Positions 14,064-27,818 of a stretch of 64,000 nt of DNA are shown here, piece by piece (the stretch's first letter is position 1; each line of letters starts with the position of its first letter). The notes below the pieces were generated by a model. It was not told the DNA's origin. It searched no databases and saw only the letters and a list, made by a program, of their open reading frames with translations. The position numbers and the translations under genes were made by a program. The stretch is from Nymphaea colorata (Eukaryota). The stretch covers positions 25,854,001-25,918,000 of the forward strand of contig NC_045138.2 of the NCBI RefSeq assembly GCF_008831285.2, given 5' to 3'.

Positions 14064-16446
14064 GATCAAACCCAACCTCCCTATATGCCGCTGCCGTTCT
14101 CACGAGAAACCCAACATCCGCAAAGATCAAAATAATCAATGACTCTGCTCCTTTCTCTTCTTCCTCTTTCTTCTCTGACAGCGCCCGCTCGCTCTGGGTG
14201 AAGTTCTCTGGGATGAAGAAAGACGTCAAGTTTGATGGAAGTGCGTTTATATGGTAGGAGAAGTAGCAGCGTCGATTGTATAACTGATCGATTTGGTAAC
14301 GCTGCAATCACCCTATTCAGAACGAGAGTTGGTGTTTTTAGAGGGATGCTGAGAAGAAAGCTTGACCGAAGGTCACAGGGTCATAGAACTCGGTTCGGTG
14401 AACTATGTAACAAGCGTAATCTTATACTGCAAATAAGATGCAAACCGCTAACACGTAACTTTGCCGTTTCCTAGTATATATATATATAGAAAATGCAAGA
14501 AGAAAGGTTTACTTTCATTTATTCTCATTCTTTTCATTTTTCTCCCCTCTGCCACTTAGATATTAAAATCATTCATTTAAGTGCATTTAATGCATAGTTT
14601 AAGCTAAGACACTTAGTTTAAGTAGCCAGATGATACAGAAGACTACTGACCTTAATGTCAATTTCTTACGAGCAAGCCAACTATAATTCTTCATTTTATT
14701 GAGAACTGCAGTTTGCATTGCTCCAATTTGGTGATTTAGGTTAAATTTGCAAAATTCCCTTTTTAAATATAATATATATAAAATGATTTTAATAAATTAA
14801 AATAGAAAAAGAATGAGTCCAAAATGGAGTGTAATTGAAGGATTCTTACGTAACATCGAACTCATTTTGTTCAAGAGGTAACTATGAAAGATGCTAACCG
14901 TAGCTAACGAAGCAGAAGGTATTCTTAAGAGGTGCAACCAATAGAAATGAATTTGTAACTTTGTGGAGCAGCGAATTTGTCAATTTGCCGGCATCTGACG
15001 GATGAATTGGTAGAAGCATGTTCCTTCTCTATTGATTACATATTAAAATCAGAAATCATGAAGCATGTCAAGTGTGCAACTACGACGTGTTTTATTAACT
15101 ATATGAACGTCATCTATGCGGCTGATTGTAAAAGACAAGAACCAACCATCCCCTGAATTGTTTCCATATCTTCCTTCCGTTTTGTTCTTCCGGAAAACTA
15201 ATTTATTATGAAATGGCATGAAATATTTTCTTGACAATCTGTTGCCATCATTAGTTGCATGGTATGGTATCGATCACTCCTGCACTGCGTTAGTACAAAT
15301 GCAAGTCCATGCACGAGTATGAAAAGTACAACATAAACATTTTCTATAATCGTCGACGGGATGTGGACAGGTACATATTCCTCCATGCATTAACTTTCAC
15401 CAACCTTCCTTCATTTTGATACAGACAATAACACTCAATTTGAGATGCTTATGTCATAACATTTCCCTGCACCAAACTAAGGATTTGAAGCAATATAGTC
15501 TACTGTACGAAACTTGGCCATCTTCTTCTCCATGGCCCCCGCCCTTGGCTCGCTTCGCTTTCAGTTCAAGCTCTACCCGCGGCCTTCCTCACTTGTTTGC
15601 CCTTCACCCCTCTCAATTACTCTGTCTGCCCTTGCTCAATCTGCTTCACAAATAGTATCCTGAAATTTTGACATGAAGATACCTGTAGCTTGAAGATTCA
15701 TAATCTACAACTAGGATGGTTTTTCTCTGTTAATATGGAAGCAACAGGTGGAGTTAGTAGAGGAAAACCTTGCTTGTTTTGTGTGTTTAGAGTTACATTA
15801 GATAAAGCAATTTGTCGTCACGATCTAACATATTTACATTTGTCATCTATTAAGAGTTTCACCAACCCAAGAAATGTCAGTGAAGAGTAGCGAAATTTGA
15901 GATGGCTCGACCTGACCACATATTTTAGGTGCCTAATCCTTCTCAACAGCTATTCCTACAACTCATTGATGCAATTAGACAAGGACAGTAACATTTTCAG
16001 ACACAAGGAATGAGTAGTAAATTGGGCGAGACTTCTCTGAAATTTATAGCCTTCAAGAATCCTTATGTTTTCAGAACATCCATGAACGTGATCTGCATCT
16101 GAACTGGTCTTCTCACTAGCTCAGTTTTCAAATTTCAAATTCCTTTTACGGGGTTCAATTATTGTCTTACCTTTAGTTACCATTCCAATTCCATAGGTTT
16201 TTGATTCAACACATCCGAAATAAGTAATGGACAACTTCAAATGAATTTCAAAGGAAAGTAAGTTCGTATAACAGATATTGCTGAAACAATCTTCAGAGCC
16301 AATGTTAAACATTGTTTCCATGTGTGCATTGCCTCTAGGGATTTGAAAGAGTACTCTCGAAGAGATGCGACTCAAAAACCTTGAAATTATTTTCACTCAC
16401 AATGAATACAGATTGTTCTGCAATAGATTCTTCATATAAGAACTTC

Positions 16447-19400
16447 TCAATCTTCCACACCACCAGGGAGAAGCTTTCCAGCTGTTTGGGATCTCAAGCT
16501 CACGGTACCAAAATTTCTGACTGCAGCAGGAATCACCCTTGATGGAGACAAGACTTCAGCAAAAGAGAGGTTGTATGAGTCTGTTCCAAGGCGGCTTTGC
16601 AGCCATCCTCTACTACCAGAGAATCCATCAGCCAGGACCCAACAGTTCTTGAAACCGAGCCCAGTTAACAATTTTGCCACGGCTTTCGAATTGTCAGAAT
16701 ACCTGCACAGTAAACATTAATGCTGAAAAAACTTCAGTGCCTGAGTTATCATTTTTATTAAGTTTACAGGAAACAAAGAAAATGACAGGAACGGTGAAAA
16801 ACCCAAGCTACAAAAGTCAATACAGAAGAAGTAGGAAAGCCTGTGATGTGCTGAAAATTAAAGAAGAAACAAGTCACTGTATTTCAATATCTCATGGAGG
16901 AGCTTTCCTATTAAAGGTAAACCAAGTTCGTAAGAGGCTGCATTTCACAAAGGATTTGTTTAATAGAGGCTTTCTCTGTCAAGATTTCTAAAAACTTAAC
17001 TTCCATAAGAAAAATCTCGTAACACAAATGCTTTGAGTTCAACTAGCAGAAAAAGTCAAGAATTTTGTGCTAATAAAAGCTTAACATAAATAACAGTCAC
17101 CCACGAGTCCATGATCACAATGTTTGATCCTTTGTTAACTCGTTTGAGATATGAGATCTTTAGAGCAGCTATTTCAGCTTCCACCTTCTTTGAATTTCTC
17201 ACAATGTTTCGAATATTACTTGGAAGTTCTTCCAAACTGCGAAAGAAGAATGACAGAAACCATAAACAAGTTCAAGCATCATTATTTGAGCTTCAGTTAT
17301 TAAAACATCAAGGTACGTGATTACTAGATAGAAGTCACTCACGGTACAGAGATGAGTTTGTTCTTAGCACTAGATGGTAAGCGAGGAATTCCAGCTTTGT
17401 TTTTGTCCTTCTCTGAGCGTATGTCTATCAGAAGATGATCTTGTGAGCAGACGAGATCAAGTGCTTGAGCAGGACTGAGGTCACCTTCAAAGATTAAGCA
17501 ACATCACGGATATCTTAGCTCTCAAAGAAATGTTGAGAAAAGAGTAGACACCGTAAAGGATCGGAAAAACAGTCTCATAAATGCAAATTTTGAACCCGCC
17601 AATCCACATATTTGTAGTTCTCCTATAGAAAATAGTGAGATTAGGACTTGAACAACTAAGTCTGCTGATAGGCCCATGTTCAGGTAAATGGGTTAAGAGA
17701 TAACAGTATGCTGACCATATTTGAGGACACATATATCTTTCATTTGAGTTACTAGGGAAAGTGCAGTGATCAGTATTTTGTAGCCCAAATTAGGCATCTA
17801 GGCCTAATTACAGCCAATAGAAACAAGTAACAAGCCCAAGGAGTCAACAATTGTTAGATGGGTGCCTTTTCCTAAATTAAAAAGTGATCCAGTTGCTTTA
17901 GCACTGGAATAAACTGGAAGAATCAGCGCGTCAAGAGCACCTCCTGAACAGCACTCAGAATTTGCAAGGCATTGCCTGCAATAATGTAGCAAATGACTTG
18001 CTGCTTGTACTCTGCTTACCTGCCGGTCTTTCAGTTTGCATTTCTATCTAATACATCCCATAGAGAAGTGCTTTGTTGGCATGTGCTACTAAATACCTTT
18101 CCAAGGATTGTCATGATGCATCACATGAATAACCCTAGGGCTGTATCCCAAGATCATATAGCTAAACAGGTCCCTGCATCTAAAGAATTAATTGTTTCAT
18201 TAACATCTTGATTTCCAAAACTTTAATTATCTATTCATACGATGCTTTCCCAGCCGGACTCACTTGTCACTCTCTTGGGAAAATCATGTAAATAAATGGT
18301 ACCATATGACTAAAAGGAAAAGCTTCATCGTTCATCAACTTACTTCACGAACTTTGCATCCTAAAAGATTTTGATTGATAAGGACAACCAAACCTAAAAT
18401 ATGGGCTTTGAACTGAAATAGACAATTCAGACAGGAAAAACTGCTTTCAATGAGAACACGAACTCAATACAATGTTGTAATTGACATTAATAGTAATTTT
18501 CCATGAGTGTGCTTCCACCATGGAGAATTGCATTTACTTGCACATGTATGTGTATGATTGTGCATGTAAGCGTGTGCATTATATTTGTAATACCTTTATA
18601 ACCACGAAGACTGTATGAAATTGCAGACCCAATTGGAGGAAGAATGAAGGATGTGAGAAGGACAGCTCCAGCCGCTGCTACGATTGTTGTTGGATCAGAT
18701 GAAGACAGTGTCTCCACCGTTGTGGAAGCAATGGGTTTTACCTGCTCAAGAACTTGGCCTGTTTGTTCTGCTGCATCGCCAGCAGTTTCAGCCATGGTCT
18801 GCATTCATAATGTCCTTAATTATAGAACTTGCAAAAGATCGAAAGTTAAAGACCTTAAGCTAATATCTGCAATAATCAGCTCCAACAGACTGACATTTTT
18901 GCAGAGTATCAACTACGTTGACGCCTAAATTATAACTTGCTTATTCAATTCAATCGTCACATATGAAATTCTATCGACCCCGATTCATTACAACGTCCTG
19001 CAAGGCAATAAATTAAACATTTCATTTATATTTTGGCGCCTGGTGCCATTGCAAATAGATGAAAACTGCCGACATGGAAACAAGTAAAATCTTGCAACTC
19101 TACAAACATCTGGTCAGCCTCAAAGATTCACTTAAGCAAACCAGTCCACAAATCAGATCAGTCAGTAATAACACAAGCTAGAAAGAAAAGGAATGACCTT
19201 GGCCGCACTGAGAACTGGCTCTGGATCAAAACCAGCATCCTGCAAAGCGGAGCCAGCCTGCTTTGCGGCTTCAGAAATGGCAGGTGAAGCTATTCGGATT
19301 GCCTCATCACTGGCCTTCTGAATCAAAGGAAGGGCTACATCAACCCCTGGCTTAACAATCTTTAGGAAACCATCGACAAGATCCTTCGACACCGTAATTG

Positions 19401-19961
19401 CCGTCGAAGCAGTCTCCTGCGCTTGCTCCACTGCATTCTCCACCTAAACAAGACAATTGATCACTCTCAACTTTGCTCATCAGCCCTAATCACCATCATA
19501 TATCGTTTTCAAAGTACCATTTAGATATTTAGCGTTCCCGGAAAGTATCCGAAGCTTATATTCAATTCTCTATTCTTAAAACGAATTTGGTATGACCACA
19601 TAAGCAAGTCGGCTACTACACAGAGTAGGTAAAAGAGCTTTTCCAATAAATAGCAACATACTGAACTTCTAGCGAGACAGAGAAGAGTGGGGGTGGAGAA
19701 AGTGGAGGAAGGAACCTTGGTGAGGGAAGTTACAATGTCGTCCTTCGTGAGTGCAATAGCATTGGGTACAGAAACAGCGGCAAGAAGAGCGTGAGATGAT
19801 GCAGAGATGGCAGCTAACTTCGAGAATTTGTTGGACCGGTGGAGAATGGGAGTAGCAGTGTTGATGCTGGGGTGGATGGAGGGAGTGGAGGAGGGCTTGG
19901 ATGGCTGGAAAGAAGCTATAGTTGGAGGTACTGCTGCTGCGGTTACTGCGCGGAAGGCCAT
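16447..19961 (-). CDS. CAS: Calcium sensing receptor, chloroplastic (thylakoid TM protein with rhodanese-like domain)
   Basis: Exons 19961-19716, 19443-19198, 18798-18594, 17484-17343, 17236-17105, 16702-16447. Ser/Ala/Pro-rich transit peptide, a TM segment, YSLRGYKGDLSPAQALDL, LIDIRSEKDKNKAGIPRLPSSAKNK, ALKISYLKR and GFKNCWVLADGFSGSRGWLQSRLGTDSY are diagnostic of CAS. Confidence 0.95.
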
Positions 19962-20153
19962 GGCAACCACTGTCTAAGAAGAAGCCCACCACGCAATGAC
20001 TCGCCAACCTTCCCTCTCCTGCAAATCAACTCAGTCACTCTCTCCCTCGCTCGAATGGTTGAAGGAACGATGGTTTTGATTCGAAATGGGTGGTGGGGAG
20101 TGACAGATCGGACTCTCAGATACGAGGGGCGATCTGCTGCGACCACTATATCG

Positions 20154-20167
20154 ATGACACGTGTCAT
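20154..20167. promoter_or_regulatory. Extended palindromic G-box in the CAS promoter
   Basis: Perfect 14-bp palindrome ATGACACGTGTCAT about 190 bp upstream of the CAS ATG, followed by GTGGGCCC (site II/TCP-like). Confidence 0.65.
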
Positions 20168-20432
20168 TTGGCGTGGGCCCTTCTCGATAGCAGAAGCTCA
20201 CGGCGCCTCACCTTTTGGGCTTTCATGATCGAGTAGACGATGGAGGAAAAGTTTCCGCTGGTGTTTGTCTCTCTTGCCTTTGACGAACTTTTCTTGAATT
20301 TCGTTCGAGTTCTTTTCATTGTTTTAGCTCCATTTTTAGACCAATCGGATATACGCTCACCGTTCAACTAATTACACCCCTTCGTTCCTGCTGATCAAAC
20401 ATCACCTAGGAGTTATTTCGAAGGCATGTTTA

Positions 20433-20670
20433 TTAGGTGTTTGGTAATAAAAACGTTATGTTATTGGAACATATGTCCTTAAAATGCATGCTTCAAAAAC
20501 ATTCATTATTGTTCTGAAAAGCATGATGCAATTAATGTTGTTTCAATTAAACACTGAACATGAACTAGACTACATTTTCTAGAAAAAAAAAACAAGATAT
20601 TCCTGGAACATGTATTCTGAGAAACATATTCCATGGACACAAAATGTTTATTTTATTAAACACCTTCTTA
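20433..20670. mobile_element. Tourist/PIF-Harbinger-like MITE upstream of CAS
   Basis: Imperfect TIRs AGGTGTTTGGTAATAAAA ... TTTTATTAAACACCTT with TTA/TAA flanks. Similar (G)GYGTTTG...CAAACRC termini occur at about 6410, 26385, 43270 and 45360-45945. Confidence 0.55.
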
Positions 20671-21284
20671 AGATGTCAAACCAAGATTCAACCTACCTAG
20701 CCAACATCTAGGCAGACCTTTGAATTTTCTTTGAGTTTATGGAGATGAGGCTGCAGACGCGAATGAAATGTTTATTTGCGTAACGAGCAGAGCCTAGAAC
20801 GGATTGCCATCTTATGATCCAATGGACAACAAGCCCACGACGACGTAGCAGGACGCTCACCCAGCCAGGCTTTAATTCTTGAAATGGGCTTACACGCATC
20901 AATAATGCCAATAATTTGTTCGGTTGTTACCAATTGCAGATGTTTCCGTTCATTGTCGGACCTACAAAAGACGAGGGCTAGAATCGTGTGTGGCTTTAAT
21001 ATGGGAGATACCCATGCATCCGGCCGTACTTAGCTGGCTTACCCATGAATCTGGCCCCATCATAGCAGGCTAGCAGCAGATATGGGACCTACACAACCAT
21101 GCAAAAGAAGCCTGGCCATACGTTTGACTGTGATATCCGACGCACCAGCACCACGAGAAAGCAGAATGGAACAGCACGATGGTGGAAAGGTAGAGTGATT
21201 ATCTAATGTTTGCGTGTATTCATAAACCAACTTTCATGATATGCAATGGATAATCATTGTGCATGCTAGGTCGAAGTATTAGTA

Positions 21285-24200
21285 TCAAGATCTCCTGCCT
21301 AATGTTACAGATGAAATTTTGATGAAAACTAACAAGTGAAGGGTTAAAATGTATAATACAAATGCCGACCGTGCTAGCATGAGCTTCTGCTGCCTTCCGC
21401 TTGGCAGGGAGCGGCCTCTGACGCGTGAACCAGTGGGGTCACCCACAAGCCCCGATAAATTAAGATGGTCTCTTCCATAGCCGGGCCTATCATGCATGGG
21501 ACCAGAAGCTAGAGAACCAAATCTTCCCATTCTATTTCTCGTCATGTTAGTTTCCATACTTGCATAATCTAGCTTCAGCTGCACAGCGTTCAGTTTCTCC
21601 AACTCAAGTTCTTTGGCATGAATTTCCACAGTCAATTCCTCTGCTTGAGCCTGAAGATTGAAATCATGGAGAGATGTCAGCAGCTAGAAGTACTTAATTA
21701 TATAAATAACTGCAATAAAAAGTCTTGTATAGAACTGACTTGTTTTGTCGCCAGCTGTTCCAACAGGCTATGAAGTTGCTTCTCTAACAGCTTCTCCCTT
21801 TGTGCTGTATAATATAGTCATTAAGGTTAGCTCCTATAGATGGAGAACATGCCAAGGATGAGCAAAAAACGGTCGGGACTTTCCTTGGCAGGTATTGGGA
21901 AAGAATTCTAATTCCAACCAGCAACAATGAAACTTCCATTTGATGAGAATTTGAATATGAGTGTCACATTCAGGGGGTAATCAGTAATAAGACCTCTCCA
22001 ATCAGCAGAGAGGATATAATGTACCTCGATCATGACACTGAACTATGCCAATGGACAAAAGGACACAAATAATTCAAAGACAGATAGAACGGAAAGTGAC
22101 ATGCTTGCTCATGTCATCAGCACATCACCATTCCTCAACCAATGTAAGTACATGGGCACGGTGAATAACAGAAGGCACTTGGGCATACAACAACCACTTA
22201 TCTGGTTTCAACGAAACACTTTATCCCTATATATCTGTGATTTACCAGACATACACAAAAACTTCCTCAAGCCATTACCTCCATTATACAATCATTTGCT
22301 CTTTCCAGATCAACATACCCCCACCATTTACTTCACATATGTAAAATTGTAAAATACAAAAGACTGCACCTTGCGGTGCCAGCTACGATTCTCTACCAGA
22401 AGTGCTCTCCAGTGACCCAGTCTCTACAACAACCATTGTGTAACGGGTCAGTGCCTACAAGCTCAGAATAGAACTTGACCACTAATAATACGCCTCATCA
22501 CCAATGAACAAGAAATATGAAGAGGAAAGCTTCTGCTAGTCAAAAATTGTTTTGTTGCTTCAGCAAATTTTCAAACTTTATAATCATTATTTCACAAAGA
22601 GTTGCAAACAAGAATAGTAAGACCAAGTCGTACTTTACAAACATGGGCTCAAAGTTGCCATTTTTCTATCATTGCATTAATATGATGCATGCTATGCTTA
22701 TGACTTATGAGTTATGAGGAATACAGAATGCTGAATGGAAAAGAACCTACAGATACATGAACTACAAAGTTGTGATACAGAACAATGCATATAAGTTCGT
22801 ACCTGGTGAAGGCTGCCTAAGTGAATCTCGTTGAAGTTCAGACCACGAGTTTTCCAAGTTATGGATTTGTTCCTCAAGTGATTTCTGGCAACAAAAAAGG
22901 AAAAAAATGAAAAACTGGATTTCCCCGAAGTATTGGCATGGGATAGTAGTGGCTCAGAAGTGAGAAGTCAACCAACTCAATTTTCTTCTTCTCTAAATCG
23001 CCTGCAGAAGATGCACCAGCAAGATCAGTTCCCTCTATGGCTACCGAATTGGCTTCTACTTCTACCACTTCTGCAGATCGCCTATTCTCCCATGTAGCTT
23101 GCAGCTTGTCCAATTCATCTCTGAAAGTACCTTCGGAAGATTCCATTTCCTGAAAATTAGTCACCAGCAATGGCATAGTTAAATTGGACAATCATTCAAA
23201 GGACAAAGAAGCACGGTGAAAAGGCCATGCTGTTGCTCCTTATGGTCATTCTGTAGCAGGCAACAAAAATATCTATAATAGGCTTAACAGCATTGCTCGC
23301 TACAAGAAAGAGATGTATAAAGGGACATACATTTCTAAGACATTCAAAAAAGGTGTGATGCTAACCACATTTACTGTGGTAGACTCTTGCTTCATATGGA
23401 AGATCTCCAGCCAATAAGAGTGTACACCTGACAGGGGGTTTAGTCAAAGACCTTCAAGTCGAAGAAGGTCAAGAGATCGATGTGAATAGTGCATCTCTTG
23501 GCATAACCTACTAGAGGCCTGTAAAACCCTAGCTTGACATTTGGAAGAAAATGAAGAAAGAGGAGGGACAGCCAGTTAATGCAAAGCTGAACTTGGATAG
23601 TACACTTTTGCTTTATTTTCACCTTCAAGTTGCACGGCCTTGAAAGCTAAACTCCATTATATAGTGAAATTTACCGTTGCATACAAAACAAATTTAAATG
23701 ATTAAATCATGAGATCCATGCATGAGGTGATGCAATCCATCCACGAGATTTATTGTAGCAGCACAGACAAAGCATGATGAAGATACGCATCCAATCTGAG
23801 ATGTGATGGTGGACAAGAGTTACAATCTCAGGAACACGGATTCAGCACACTCTTGAGACACAAGGAAGTTCAGATGCAGAGAAAACTAAATTCTAGAACC
23901 ATTCACCTGATTCCTGTTTTTTGGTGAATCAAAAAGACCCTTTAAAATCCTTGATCTTAATTGATTTGGATGATCTGTTGCCCCCTGTATTATTCATTCA
24001 AGTAATTTAAGCATAATCAAGGTAAAATAAGTCTCCAAGGAATATCCATTATTCTGTAATTTAAACCATAGCTTAGGAGGACTCCACCAAAAGGTAACGC
24101 AAATGATGCCTGAATCAAGCAACAACAGTGGCAGGAATTACAAGGCAGAAATTGAACACTGTTCAACGAGAAGATATGGCCAAATTATGGCTTTTTGGTT

Positions 24201-26045
24201 GGCCACACTAAACCTAGAACTTCAGGATAGGTTGCTAAAGTGACCCTTTGTTACTTTTTATATCTGATATGCAGCTTCTGTCTCATTGACAAGCACTTGG
24301 AGTTCCCAAAACAAATGAAAAAGGCCCACATCATGAAATTGATTTTGAGACCAATGACTTTTGAAATTTGAATGTAAGTGGCCATGAATCTGTTTAAATT
24401 ATGGTGATTGTATAGAACAACGAAAACCTAAGATAGAAGGCATGGAACTGAGGAAAGAACTCCAGAGAACTGATTCACTTGAGTCTGTCCTTTCATAGGG
24501 CATCGCGAAATTTGGAATGATTTTCAGTCTTTTAAATCGCTTGGATTTTCTGATTATCCTGTTCTGGAAACTTACCACAAATATGAAGAAATATGATATG
24601 TTAGTACTGCAAAGAGGAGTTTCGACAATGACGAGAATCACAAACAGCAGAATGATGGAAACATTCTCACTACCATATAAAAGCAAGAGTTGAAGATTGA
24701 TATGGAATTCATCCAACTGTACGTAAAAAGATGCAATGGAAATTGAGAGAACAATGTAACAGAATGCGACAATGTTTCATGGGCATTAAGTTCTCCAAAA
24801 CCTTTAGCTCGTGAATTAGCAATCTGCTTAAATACTATATGTTACCAACCTTTAGTTTATTCTCCAAGATACTTGCTTCTTGCATTTTCTCCTGAATTTG
24901 CTTCTGACCATTTGATATAGCCTTCTCATAAGCAGCATTTTCCTCTTGCAGTGATGCTTCCCTTAACTGTGCCTGGTGATTAGCAAAAACCGCAAATTAG
25001 TACATGTCAAGGAAAGCAGGCCTGGATGAGCTAAAAACATTTCATTGCGCAGTAAAGTACAGCTGCATCGTTCAACAGAGTATCCCGTGAAAAAGATCAA
25101 TTGATTTGAGCCAATAATTGCTATTAGCGACGTTTTTCATATCATGTTGAGGAACATTGTTAAGCCAATAATTATAGGTAGCACGTTGACCGTTTCACGT
25201 TAAACCCCGAAAGTCTATAGTGTGAGATGAAACTTTCTCACAGTGATCTACCCAAAACACTCAAGGAAACATCTCCAATTTTTAAGTGCGGTAGCAAGTC
25301 TTAACGGATCCCATCGTTTCCACCATTTGGCAAATTAACTTATTTTCAGTTGAGACCAGATATATGGCAGTTGATCTATCCTGCAAATCGCTGATACACC
25401 GACATCACGCAATCAATCATTCTTTCTGGAAGCACCAAAATAAACCCGAAGATGCAATCAGCAATTAATGTATGATCCGATTATAACATCTAAAGAATCC
25501 AATTCCACGTGACTAGTGCACTTTGAGAAAACAAAAACCTATCAATTACATCGAACTGTTTTCCAGGATCGAGTTTAAGATTGAAACCCAACAAACAACG
25601 GCAAGGAAACCCACAAACCCCAATCGACCCACAAGGCAAATTGGCCATGGCGACGTCAACTTGCGTCGCATTTAGACGTAATTGAAGAAAAAAGGAACCT
25701 GTTATCCGAGAAGCGGAGAGGGGACGACTGGCGATCGTGAGATGGCATACGCACCTCTTGGCGGGTGGCTGAGTGGGCGTCGACTTGGAGAGCAAGGGCG
25801 GCGTTGGACGCGACGGAGTGGGCGTGTAGGTGGGGAAGACGCTGTGAAATGTGGGGAGGAGGCAGCCTGGCCCTCAATTGCTCGATGCTCCTCCGCAGCT
25901 CCCTGGCTTTAGCCTCCCTCTCCCTCACGTACGCCTCTTGCTCGGGCGAGAACACCACTGCCCTCGGCGATGGAAACTCCTCATCGTTAATCCCACCGGC
26001 ATTCCCTCCTACCACGTCTGCTGCCCAAGCTAGCAGCCCCGCCAT
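21285..26045 (-). CDS. Uncharacterised plant coiled-coil protein with C-terminal transmembrane helix (tail-anchored, golgin-like architecture)
   Basis: Six in-frame GT-AG exons: 26045-25755, 24972-24850, 23149-22973, 22884-22803, 21804-21740, 21650-21285. MAGLLAWAADVVGG...LRARLPPPHISQRLPHLHAHS..., long E/K/Q/L heptad-rich segments and terminal ARSAFVLYILTLHLLVFIKIS. From memory it resembles Arabidopsis At4g09060 (unverified). Confidence 0.88.
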
Positions 26046-27782
26046 CTCTTCCTCTCCTCCTCTACACGTGCGACCTCTTTCTCCTCAACGAGGAGATGCC
26101 AACGCTGGACCTTTTCGGAAGATATTAGCACCAATTATCGACCGCGATTCAACTAGAGAAGCCTTTTACGAAACTCGTCATTTCTTGTGAATTAATAGAA
26201 CAGCACACTGATTAGAAGTTCGTAGTCTGATGGGTGTTTTACTTCAACGATGAGCATCACTCTCTGGTCCTGTCTTTCCCATTGCACCCAATTGCCTCGA
26301 GGTGAAAGGATTCCTTGTGTTGTAGAGTGTGCCTCTCACCGTCTTTAATTGGGAAGATAATGTTATCTTCCAACATAGAGATTAAGAAGGCGTTTGTTTA
26401 CCTCGGATGTCTTCACTGAGATCTCATACCTGAATATTTGAAGTCCGGCCCCTCCCCACATTCGACTTCATTACGAGATATTGGACAAATAATTATTGGA
26501 TATCTCAAATTCTCATTTTCATACAATGTTCAAATTTGGTGTTTATTTGCTATGAGGTTGCCACGTAAAATGAACCTCATCTCGCTTTAATGTGTGATCT
26601 GATGTTATCAAATAATTGACTCGGACTAAACAACAGTTTTTTTCTAATCTCATTCCCGTTTTGACACACCTTCAGTGGAACGTTGATCTATTTTTTCGAC
26701 AATGCTTGCTGGTTTGGATTCATTAGTTTACTTACAGTATAAACAAAGCGAAGAAAGTCAATCCTATTTCTCGTTTTCTTTTTGTTTTCTTAAATTAATG
26801 GCAAAAGAAGTATTGTGCTTCTTCAGCGTATGTTTCATTGCATCGAGTAAGGTGAAAATAACGCCGTCGTTAACTACGTTTTCTGAAAAATCGAACATAA
26901 ATTACATAAGGGAACTGAATGAAAACACTTAAAGAATTTGTGACTTAAAAAAAAAACTCTTACTTTTTCATACATTATCTCATTTTTCTTTTATTTTCAT
27001 CTGTTTAGTATTGTCTTTTTTTTTTTCTCCCATCCAAATATAGAATTAGTTCACCAGCCATTTGTTCGGAGGACACCTGCATTCCTTACACACGGGACGT
27101 ACAAGCCTGTTGTGGTTGTCATTTACGTGCTTGAGATCCCAATATATAGATTGACATCAAACATTTGGAGATCTCAATGAAACCGGTTTGAATGCATGGG
27201 AGTAATTCTGCCCCCACATAAATTCCTATTATACTTCACCATCTAGATCAGGTGTACCACTTGTCCGGTTAGTCCGATCTGTTTGCACCACAATGGGTTA
27301 AGTTTCTAAAGACAGGAGCAGAATGGATTGGGTCCAGCAAAGAGGCTAAAGTCTTTAGTTGATCTTGGGTCAATGATAAACTTAGCTGGTTTAGTAACCC
27401 ATCCATTTTCATATGCTTTGCCGGATGAATCCATTATTAATAAACATATTTATTTTTCATGGAGTTTGTGCAATAGACAGTACAACAATCGATAAAAAAA
27501 AAAAAAATTAATATGCAAGTTAAAAGATAACAGAAAGTCACTTGGCATCAAAAGCAAACATACTTGAGAATAAGAAAAAAAGACAAAGAACGTTGAGCGG
27601 TAGGACCAAACAATAGTATCAACAAATATCTCCGTTATCCTGCATTGAGGAAAAATGCAGGATCTGGATCCGCACTCGAACCCAAAAGGCCCTTGCAACT
27701 TCCCACCCAGTTAAACCTTGCGAGCGGAGGTAAAAATTAAGGCTGGAATGGATAACGTCTTCCCTCGGGCGGGAAGGTGAAG

Positions 27783-27784
<2 letters not shown>

Positions 27785-27815
<31 letters not shown>
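27785..27815 (+). repeat. (CT)n microsatellite directly upstream of the pTAC14 start codon
   Basis: CT run ending just before GCCATG (ATG at 27819). Confidence 0.9.
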
Positions 27816-27817
<2 letters not shown>

Positions 27818-27818
27818 C

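Noticed and set aside
21850..21890. TGCCAAGGA...TCCTTGGCA hairpin with a miR169-like core in an intron
   Set aside because: The stem is only 9 bp and the rest of miR169 (CTTGCC) is absent, so it is too short for a miRNA precursor.
23395..23640. Retroelement-like stretch in an intron of the coiled-coil gene
   Set aside because: No termini, TSD, second copy or recognisable TE protein motif could be identified.
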